This document shows, piece after piece, positions 53,995-64,000 of a stretch of 64,000 nt of DNA. Source of the DNA: Octopus sinensis. Its lineage: Eukaryota. The notes below the pieces were generated by a model. That model did no database searches. It was given only the letters and a program-made list of their open reading frames with translations, and was not told the origin of the DNA. The stretch's first letter is position 1, and the number at the start of each line of letters is the position of its first letter. A program made the position numbers and the translations under genes. Where the stretch lies: NCBI RefSeq assembly GCF_006345805.1, contig NC_043001.1, positions 123,070,001 to 123,134,000 of the forward strand, in the 5' to 3' direction.

Positions 53995-55395
53995 TCATAC
54001 ATACATACAGATATACATGTATATGTACGCCTGAGCATAAACGTTTTACACATTACCAATAAAACAATTCTACCGAAGGAAAATTTTACAAACAATTATT
54101 TAAAAAAATTACGACAGATATTAGTTACACCTTTTCAAACTGTTAAAACCCATTTCTACCGAGCTTTAAGCCACTTACAATATGCTTTATATTCTCAGTA
54201 TTACTGATGTTCCCCTCCCAAAAGATTGATGGCCACCATTATTCTGAGCGATAGAAACCTTAATTATTTATATTAGTAAAGTCTTTTTGATGTGCTTAAG
54301 TTAAGACAAAGCTTGAATCTAGATTGAAATTAAAATATGAGCTAGTTTTAAATTCAAGGACAATTAATATATATAAATTTAGGTTGAATTATATAATCAA
54401 ATCTGAATTTAAGCGTTTTTAAAGAAATACAGAAAGAAAAAGAATGAAAGAAACATTTCATTAAATGAGAGTTATTACAAAATCCAAATTTACTACTATA
54501 GAAACTCAGAATTTGGAGACAAGGAATGACTGTTGCGCCGTTCAAAATGGACTTAAATGTGTCTTGTTTATTGTATTCCTTGATGTTGCATTCTATTTAT
54601 ATATAGATCTAATTTTCTTCTTGTGAAATCTACCCTTCTTTTCAAATCCCTCAAAAAGCAAACAAATGGCATTAGATAATTACAAGGCACACATTTATTT
54701 ATCTATTTTTCAAGCGCAATTGTGTTCCGATTAATGTAAACAGTACTATTCAATAGTTATATTGTAAACATCGTCTGAATATATTATTGTTTTTAGAAGC
54801 AGGATTTAAGATAAATAAATGTTTCTTAATTCTTATATCCTCAAGGGACTTTGATTCTTTCTAGCAATTTATTGAGTGATGTTGTGTAAACACCGCTTGA
54901 AAACAGTAGTTTATTAAACAGGTTAACATAGATATCTAATTATTTTCCAAAGTATTTAATCTATCAAACCATAACGATAAAGTACTGAAGAAAAAACCCA
55001 ACAAAAACAAAAATAAAACAAAAATGCAAAACAATCGCTATGCAATAATTATATTAGAGGATTAGCGTAGTGTTGAAAAAAAATCTATGCCAAAATAATA
55101 TTGTTAAAACAACAGCAATTGGTCAGTCCTTGTTGGGAATTATTTAAGTGGTCTATGTAGACAATAATTTAGAAACTCTGGACTGAGGATCTACTGGGAA
55201 ATATGGAGGCTTCTAATTGGCTCCTTACATCTATATATACATACATACTTGCATATATACAAATATATGTCAATGTGTGTGTGTTATTATGTACGTGTGT
55301 GTGAGCGTGTTTTTGTTTATCTTGTTCTAAGTTAGAAAATCGTCTGCGTTCAACGTGTTCTTTATGTTTAATTATTTTAACAATTCTTTGGTCTA

Positions 55396-55429
<34 letters not shown>

Positions 55430-55779
55430 CATAAACATGCATAAATACATACATACACACATACATACATACGTATATATATATATATGTACACACACAT
55501 ATATGGATAGGTCTATAGATAAATGTGTTTAACTCAATACATGGCTGAATAGAGTAATTGATACATATACACACGCAGATAAATACACACACACACACAT
55601 ACACACATGTACATGCGTATGCATGTATTTATATATGCGTACATATATGTGTACAATGTATATGTATCTGAGTGTATGTATATATAATAAAATATATATA
55701 TAAATTTTTATGTTTGTGAGAATACGAAAACCTTATCCATAGTCGAATATGCATGAATATGCCATAAGACAGAGTAATG

Positions 55780-55814
<35 letters not shown>

Positions 55815-55851
55815 TAATAATAATAATAAAATAATAATAAAATAATAATAA

Positions 55852-55898
<47 letters not shown>

Positions 55899-56061
55899 TT
55901 TATATCTACACAAAAATAACTGTTGCATTAATTACAACTTTTTTAAACTAATAAAAAGCATACATGATATCATAATTGTTTTTACATACGGTTTTGATTA
56001 GAATCGGAAAGCGTCACAAAGCCGTCACATAGCTTGCTGTCGTAGCCATTTCAGTGCATGC

Positions 56062-56151
<90 letters not shown>

Positions 56152-57019
56152 CTGTGTGTAAGTGTGTGTGAGTGTGTAGATGAAAAGAAGATTACACACA
56201 ATTTCTTATACAAATTTTTAACATGTGTATTCATATAATTACGACTCATACACACATGATATCGGCGCGCAATATTGTTGCAAGCAACTGAACTGAAATA
56301 CTCATAATATACACATATAGTTTTCCTCATACACACACATACACACACATATATATGTATACATGTATATGTATAATTATGTATGTATATGTATGTTTGT
56401 ATATGTATGCAAGTCTTTGTTTCTGTGTGTTTTAACGATCACAGTTAAGTAGAACAAATTTTCGAAGGAAACTAGACAGAATTCTATATAAAATGATTTT
56501 TATGTTTTAATTTAGTTTTATTTGATTTGGTATTACCAATTGTTCACATCCTTTGATGCTCTTGTTCTCTCAGGGATTTCTTTACTAGAACTGTTTTTCC
56601 TCTTACAGATTGGCAATTAAATGAAAAAAAAACTCTATATGTTTTCATAGCTGCTATTACATCGCAATACAATTAGTTATTTAAAAAAAAAAGGATTAAT
56701 AGTTAAAGAAAAAAAACTTTTATTAATTAATTTTGATTATAATGATTTGATTTAATTCATTTTTTCTTATTAATATTCAAAAGATTTACTTATTTATCTT
56801 TTATTTAAGAAATTAATAAAAAAAGAATAACAGTTATAGTAATGATAATAAGTATAACAATTAGTGATAATATTAATAATAATCATAATTATAATAAAAA
56901 AAGTTGCAAGATTTTTTTTCCGCAAAAATAAAAGAAAAACAGTAAAGAATAAGCTTTAAAAAATTTGCAATAAAATATTTGAATATTTTGCACTTCTAGG
57001 GGTGTTAAGATGTAGAAAA

Positions 57020-57867
57020 TCAAAGTGCTATTTTAAGTGAGTCATCATTTGGTGCCTTACTACATTGGCCTTGGTATGCAGGAAAGATTTTTATTTTGAA
57101 TGCATGTGCTCTCGAAGTGTGTTTCGTATACTCTTGTGACAAGAGTATTTCAAGCTGAGGAAGGGATGTCGCTCCGACCAATCTTCCGGCAGCATTTTGT
57201 CCGTAGACAGCAAAGCCTTTGGTCTCGTTACCCCGGACGCAACAGCCTCCAAGCCAAATCAGGTCTGGCACGTTAACTCCATTGCCAATGGTTACTTCTG
57301 GATCCACCGAAGGAACTGCACCAGCAACAAGATATAGTTGAGGCTTCTGAGCTTTCTCTTCAGTCGCTGATGAATCTGCCATCATTGAGGGCAGCGAACC
57401 GGAAGTGCCAACATTCTTGGTGTTGGCCGAGTTGGTTGATTTGGTGGCCATAGGTGTAGCAATAGTGGTAAATGGAGTTGTTGATGACTGCGTTGGTTCT
57501 GTACTCTCAGTCACTGTTTTTTCTGCATCTATTTGAGGAACACCACATACATCCACGGCATATTTAATTATCATTTTTGCTGCTTTTTTCCATTCTTTAT
57601 AGAAGTCCATATGCATTGGAACTGTGTTCGTTAAAGCGAATGCTGCAATCTTCGTATCTATTTGGTGACCGGCCAACTGTGGAGGTAGAAGATGACCAAT
57701 ACGATAGGTGGTGGTGAAATCATAGTCACTCGGTTGAGGCTGGTACTTGCCAACGGCGCATTGATCGTTCTGAATTTCATCTTCGAGTTCACTCAGAGCT
57801 GCCAGACCTTTCTTACGATATTGAACAATGTAAAACCAGGATGCACGTGCTTGTTTATCGATCAAAG
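57020..57867 (-). CDS. ENDOD1-like DNA/RNA non-specific endonuclease, terminal coding exon
   Basis: Open 848-nt exon after acceptor TTCTTTTCAG (phase 1). Motifs QPQPSDYD..TYRIGHLLP, AAFALTNTVPM, LYLVAGAVPS, VNVPDLIWLGGCC and IFP...C match the NUC/ENDOD1 family pattern. TGA at 57020-57022. Confidence 0.92.
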
Positions 57868-58389
57868 CTGAAAAGAATATAAAAAAAAACAACGTGAAAA
57901 TATTATAAAAATTAGACCCACAAATGTGTGCGTGCACAAACACACACATACGTGTGCGTGCACAAACACACACATACGCACACGTACACATACACATAAA
58001 CACACACACACACACACACGCATGCACACAGATAGATAAATATACATGTATAGCTATATACGTAGGTATATAAATGCTAAATTAAGATTATTATTTTAAA
58101 GCAAATTTAAGAATAACTGAGCATTTTCTGTTGGAAAGACTCAATATTGAAACTAGAGTGAAATTTATTATAAAATTCGAGTTGTCTGTGACTTTAAGTT
58201 TTACCTATTAGCATTTTAACCAGGGTGGTTGAATAAATCATCGGGCAACTAGTACCCATCAAAACGAATTTTATATGTATATGCGTACGTCCGTGTGTTT
58301 GTAAATATTGTGTATAATATATATATATATATATATATATATGGATATAGATAGATGTAAGTATGCACATGTACGTATGTATATATGCA

Positions 58390-58466
<77 letters not shown>

Positions 58467-58474
58467 GTATTATG

Positions 58475-58895
58475 TTATTTGTTTCAGTCATTTGACTGCG
58501 GCCATGCTAGAGCACCGCCTTTGGTCGAACAAATGGGCACCAGAACTTTTCTTTCTATCGGTCTCTTTTGCAGAAATGCTAAGTTACGGGGTCGTAAACA
58601 CACTAACATCGGTTGTCAAGTGATGGTGGGGGCCAAACACAGACACACAAATTTATACATACAAACACACACACACACACACATACACACACACACACCA
58701 CACACACACAAACGCACACACATACACTCACACACACTCACACACACACACGCACATATATAAGACGGGATTATTTCAGTTTCCGCCTACGAAATCAAGT
58801 CACAAGGCTTTGGTCGACCCGAGTCTATAGCAGAAGGCACTTGGCCAAGGTGCCACGCAGTGGCACCGAGCCCGGAACAATATGGTTGGGAAGCA
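58475..58895 (-). mobile_element. SINE family A in the intron of the ENDOD1-like gene
   Basis: Reverse complement of the family A body and tail with an internal (CA)n. Confidence 0.8.
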
Positions 58896-59318
58896 CACAC
58901 ACACAAACATCTATATCTATACACACGCACATACACACACATGCACACGCACGCACCCCCATGGTCATGAATGATGCTAGCGTCATCCCTACATTCAAGA
59001 AATGTTATACAAATGAACAGAGCATACATGTATAAATGCATATACAAACACACACGTGTGTGTGTGTGTAAGTGTGAGTGTATAGACATCCATCAACGAT
59101 AATGGCTAATACAAATACATACATATATGAATATCTGTGAATGTATTTATGTGTATGTGTGGGTGTTTGTGCGTGTATGTGTATGTGTGTGTGTGTGAAT
59201 GTATGTGCGTATGAGTGCATATAGACGTATACTCAACATTTACAGAAAAATAAATTTACAGAAACAATAAAACGAAGAGAAGTGTCAAGAAAATGTATAC
59301 TGAACAAACAAGCATTAC

Positions 59319-59861
59319 CTCTTTCAATTAGATATGGAGTTCGTGGCCATCCCTTATTGTCAATAGCTGTAAGTTTGCTCATAGAGAACGTTGGAACACG
59401 TCTGAAACTGTCATAAAGTGAGGCAAAATGGGCAGTTTTTCTCTTGAAAAGATCTCCAAACAAAGTATTAGACGAGAATTTCTGACACAAGAAAGTAAGG
59501 CCACCATTTTGGTTTCTTATTCCTGATGGAATGCTGCCGCCAAGAGTAAACTCTTTCAAACATTCAACGTGGAGTTTATCGTTAGTGATTCCTTTTGCGT
59601 CTCTGGCCACGTATTTACAAGGTGGCATCGAATCTCGGCAAAATTTCTCAAGTTTCTGCTTGCAGCTATGCAATGGCGTGAAGACGGCCACCGTGTTGTT
59701 GTCTCGTCGCTTGTATTGCTTCAATCGATAGTCGTCACCAGTTTTCAGAGGACCGGTACACCATTGATGTAACTTGCCTTCGTTCTGCAGTCTTTCATAA
59801 GTCCAGTCAACAAATTTATATTCTCCGCTATCCACTTGGTAAAGTGAGTATAAACATTCAT
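59319..59861 (-). CDS. ENDOD1-like gene, internal coding exon (Cys-rich extension plus start of the nuclease domain)
   Basis: 543 nt; acceptor ATATTTTAG, donor AG|GTAATG, phase 1/1. Splices in frame to the terminal exon (IER-A-LID). Motifs ECLKEFTLGGSIPSGI, FLCQKF and FASLYDSFRRVPTFS are typical of ENDOD1 N-termini. Confidence 0.9.
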
Positions 59862-60054
59862 CTAAAATATATAAAAAAGTGAAAATATATTGTAAATATT
59901 AAAATTTTAATGACTGAATTCATCCACGTATCTGTCTGTCTGTCTGCCTGTCTGTCTATCTAATAATATTTTCTGATATTGAATGAAGCATATCCAGAGA
60001 AACAATTTGTGTTAATCCTATTTAACAATGACAACAACAACAGAAACAACAACA

Positions 60055-60114
<60 letters not shown>

Positions 60115-60141
60115 GTAATAATAGTAATAATAATAATAACA

Positions 60142-60354
60142 ATCCATTCTACTAAAGGCACAAGACCTGAAATTTTGAAGGAGTGACCAGTCGATTACAT
60201 CGACCCCAGTGTTTCACTGGTACTAAATTTATCGACCCCTAAAAAATGACAGGCGAAGTCTACCTCGGTGCAATTAGAACTCAGAACGTAAAGACGGACG
60301 AAATGCCGCAAAGCATTTTGATCGACTTGCTAACCATTCTGCCAGCTCACCGCC
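60142..60354 (-). mobile_element. SINE family B with (ATT)n tail extension
   Basis: Head GGCGGTGAGCTGGCAGAA at 60354; adjoins (AAT)n at 60056-60140. Confidence 0.85.
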
Positions 60355-61091
60355 TTAAAAAAAAAAATAAGTTAAAAGTTCCAACATGAACTTCTGACTT
60401 GTCTCTTGAGGTCTCTTAGATCTGAACAGCGTAAATAGCCATAGAGTATTCATATTGTTTAACCATAGTTCAGCTCTGATCAAGCCGACCTTTCATGTAT
60501 CATATTCAATCCATCAAAACATCACGTCTTTTCCAACAAAAATATACACCTGACAATATTATCCAACATGTTTCGTTTTTAAGATGTAGGATGTAATCTG
60601 ATGAAATTTTGGCAGTTATTTCTTGGACCACGTAGAATGACCACGTAGAGGTCATATTTCTGATGTTGATGGACATCTTTTTGACTTTATTCCATGGCTC
60701 AGAATGTGACTTACATTCACCAGGTCATTATTATGCCGTATTACTCTTTCACTTTTAATTTCAGTACCTGGGCTTTTACCCCATTTTATTTTAGCTTTCT
60801 CCATTAAGGATAGACTTAATAATTTAATATACAGTGTTGAACATGAAACGAAAATAAAATTAACTCTCTTATATTGCATACATACAAAGGGATTCTTATT
60901 ATTTTATTTCAACATTATTGTAACATCATATTCTATGACCAATTCTATACGACTTTAAATAACTTAATCTGATTTGAAATTTTATTCAATTATCCACTGT
61001 ATTTAATCTTCTCCCGTAAACCTTGTATACTGTATCCGGTACACAACATTAAACAACTAAATTTTGATTTGACGTTTTATCCCAAGATAAC

Positions 61092-61163
61092 CTGTAGCCT
61101 TATGTCTTCTTCCAATTATACACAGCTTTGAAGAACAAATCTTTGAATTGAATTTCCATGAAA
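61092..61163 (-). CDS. Candidate 72-nt upstream micro-exon of the ENDOD1-like gene
   Basis: Acceptor CTTTCTCATTATAG and weak donor AG|GTTATC. Open in phase 1/1 (xSWKFNSKICSSKLCIIGRRHKAT-D) and compatible with the next exon. Confidence 0.4.
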
Positions 61164-61181
61164 CTATAATGAGAAAGTGTG

Positions 61182-61264
<83 letters not shown>

Positions 61265-61760
61265 ATATGTCTGTGTGTGTTTGTGTGGTCACGTCTCAAA
61301 ACTTGTCTGCAGATAATAGAAATAATCCGTGTACATACACAAAGTGCAGTATTTTTATATTTTCCTTTTCATATTAAGTTTAAGATTAATGATTTGTTAT
61401 CTAGGAATCTGATGGAAAAAAGTAAACTAAAACACAAACAAACAAGCAATAATAAACAACCCTTATATCAAAATGAGAGGAAGATTGATACTACACACCC
61501 ACACCTACATACGCGCATACACATACACGCACAGGCTCACACGCAGATACACAAATATACATGTTTTTAATGGTTTCAGCCACTGGACTGCGGTCGTGCT
61601 GGGGCACCGGCTGGAAGGGCTTAGTCAGTCGCATATAGAAATATATATATAGATGCATACATCTGTGTATATACATACTCTCATATATGCGTACATAAAT
61701 ATATATACACAAATATCCATATATGAGTATGCATGTATGTATGTATGTATGTATGTATGT

Positions 61761-62312
61761 CAGGTCACTTTCGAGTGCTACTGGTAACATGTAACCCAGT
61801 ACAACCTGTTACATGGTCGGGTCGTCGGTGACTAAACCGGCAACCCCACCAAGCTTGCTTGGTGAGGAGGGTGTTTATCGGACACCCTGCGGGATGAAAA
61901 ACAAAACCCGTCAAAGGGCGGAGGAACTCTTGAGAGTCAACGGCCATCCAATAAATGTCTTAAGGCTGTATCATGCGCGGGGACATAGAAATAATCGGAC
62001 TGAATGCCCGATCGCGCGGTTAAACCATTGGGAGTGAAGAACTCCTAGCCTTTGTTAGGGCATCCTTCTAGGAGAAGGTAACTCAGGTAACTGGGATAAC
62101 TCCGATATAAAACCTGCGGCTCAGTGGTTACCGATGATGTTGACTTGCTCTTCTTTTCGGATTATGACTGCTGTTGCTTAGGGAGTGGGATTGACTCAGT
62201 GCACAGCCTTTCCTCCCTTTAAAAAAAATCTTCTTGTTCAGGCATTGCACGATAACAACATAGATTAAGCTTCGTGCAATGGCCCTACTCGATAACGAGG
62301 GGGCAGCCACCA
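61761..62312 (+). mobile_element. Non-coding bipartite RTE-derived element (5' UTR-like part fused to RTE 3' end) inside (TATG)n
   Basis: Last ~48 nt (TTAAGCTTCGTGCAATGG...GGGGCAGCCACCA) match the LINE end at 4460-4507. Contains an RTE 5' UTR-like motif GGGCATCCTTCTAGGAGAAGGTAACTC. (TATG)n on both sides. Confidence 0.78.
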
Positions 62313-62424
62313 TGTATGTATGTATGTATGTATGTATGTATGTATGTATGTATGTATGTATGTATGTATGTATGTATGAATGTATGTATCTATGTATCTC
62401 TCTCTCTCTCTCTATCTCTCCATG

Positions 62425-63327
62425 CAGGGCGCGATGGTTAAAATCATCGCCATTGTTTGTTTTTGATTTTGTCGTCTACATAATATAGCAGGGTCAGTTA
62501 AGCACTGTCTGTGAGAGAAACAGAACCATGACAGAATTTGATCTGCCAGAAATTTGGAAACGATATGCTGTTCTGCTTGGCATTCGCGCCGGAAACGATA
62601 TGCTGTTCTGCTTGGCATTCGCGCCGGAAGCTCTAATACGAACATTTCAGAGTGTTTGGGTGTCAACCTGAGGACAGTGCAATCTGAGGACGTATACTGA
62701 GAGTGATAAAAATCAAACATCCAATCAACATCATGGTGTTTGCAGTGATCACTAGTGATGGCGACGTTATGCCTCCATTCATCTGCCCACATAGCCTCAG
62801 ACTCAACACAGAGGCTTACATCAAGTGCCTGGAGGAGGTAATGCTGTCCTGGGTTAAGAGGGTGGCTTCTGGAAACCGTTTGTCTAGCAACAGAACTCTG
62901 CCCCATGCCACACAAGGAGGAGAATCCAGTCATAGCTGTCAAACAATTTCTGCGATCACATCATCCCTAACATCTGGAGCACCTGGCCACCTAACACCTC
63001 AGATTGCAACACCCTTGATTATTATGTGTGGGGAGCAGTTGAACGAGAGATCAACAAAACTCCTTATAACACCAAAGATGAACTGAAGGCAAGGATTATG
63101 ACACCATTCACCAACTTAAACAAGGTGACAACCCAGAAGAGTTGTAGGAGGTTCCGAAGTCGTCTGGAGGCCGTGATTGAAGCCAATGGCGATTTTAGTG
63201 AATAAATTTACTCTTTAGTATTTCAAGATATTTTTATGTAAGTTTGGTAAATATATCTGTTAAAATGAAATGTCAGTGTTATTTTCATTTTTGTGTAATT
63301 TAGACGAGACTTTATTCACCGCATCTG
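62425..63327 (+). mobile_element. Internally deleted Tc1/mariner transposon, probably maT (DD37D)
   Basis: HPINIMVFAVITSDGDVMPPF...QQNSAPCH...WPPNTSDCNTLDYYVWGAVE...RLEAVIEANG. Diverged CAG..CTG termini; 35-bp tandem duplication at 62556-62625. Confidence 0.85.
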
Positions 63328-63351
63328 TATATATATATATATAATATATAT

Positions 63352-63383
<32 letters not shown>

Positions 63384-63619
63384 ACAAATCTATCTGTAAC
63401 GACTCTCACGAGGTTATCAATAGTCGATTCCAATATTTTATACATAACTTTTTACTGATAAAGGATCGAAACCCGCTAATTGAATGCTTGCAGAATTGAT
63501 TAACGGCAAACCCTGTGAATGTTTGCTATCGATAATTGAGGAAGGAGGTAAGAAACAGATGAAAAATTAAATCATGATGATCGACGATACGTTCCTTCAA
63601 TAATTTTTCCTTTTCGTAT

Positions 63620-63860
63620 CGCTGATTATGCAACAGTTTCAGGGAGTTTTACGACTTCCTGCTAATTAGCCGGATGGCTCTCTTGTTTTGGATGTAGTGT
63701 CTGGGATGCCTGTATGTGTAACAAGCAACAGTACCGCTCTAAATGTGGCAGCGATATATCCATTGTTGCTCACGTTGTTTCAGTAAAAAGTAGCCGTTTT
63801 GGACTGAAGTATTTTTTGCAGTATTCTTAGCCATGTTGATAATGCACGACCACCAGGAAA
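63620..63860 (-). mobile_element. Highly decayed CR1/L2/Jockey-group LINE RT fragment
   Basis: Minus strand pieces KYFSPKRLL, VRATM, HI*SGT and RAIRLI across frameshifts. Confidence 0.45.
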
Positions 63861-64000
63861 TGGTGATGGTTAGCGTTTGTAACCACCTTAAAGAGTTCTA
63901 AGTTCGAGTTGCTCCTCTTTTATGATATTGTTTTATTTCTATGTGTGGTGGAAGTAAAGAGGTTAATAGTAAGTTGTGATGAAAAACCGGTGGCGATAGT

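Noticed and set aside
60710-60879. Strong GTAAGT donor on the minus strand upstream of the ENDOD1-like exon
   Set aside because: The only open frame ends in phase 0, incompatible with the phase-1 acceptor at 59861.
61840-61895. Twister ribozyme suggested by GAGGAGGG in the RTE-derived element
   Set aside because: The required UAA cleavage loop and GUCCC/AAGC pseudoknot partners were not found.
63450-63482. CTGATAA-AGGATC-GAAAC hammerhead-like string
   Set aside because: Core mismatch, no GUH triplet and no stem I; at best a decayed remnant.

Overview
AT-rich, microsatellite-saturated eukaryotic genomic DNA. The SINE families and (TA)n/(TATG)n/(ATT)n density point to a cephalopod, probably Octopus (inference from recalled repeat families). 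One host gene is well supported: a spliced minus-strand ENDOD1-like DNA/RNA non-specific endonuclease (exons 59319-59861 and 57020-57867, a possible micro-exon at 61092-61163, 5' end not found). It has a divergent active site, a Ser/Thr-rich insert and a Cys-rich N-terminal extension. The rest is transposon debris and tandem repeats: SINEs, RTE/CR1/CRE/Hero LINE fragments, a Penelope-like element, Helitrons, mariner, maT and Chapaev remnants, a 4.7 kb (ATT)n array and a 26-bp minisatellite. Almost all ORFs in the supplied track are microsatellite artefacts. The most unusual signal is RNA structure. There is a candidate non-circularly permuted hammerhead ribozyme in a Hero-like retrotransposon 3' UTR (996-1107). 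There is a cluster of (TA)n-embedded fold-back units carrying hammerhead cores on both strands (41579-43022). A bipartite RTE-derived element has a pseudoknotted 5' RNA domain (61761-61815). All folds were paired by eye, not computed or tested.
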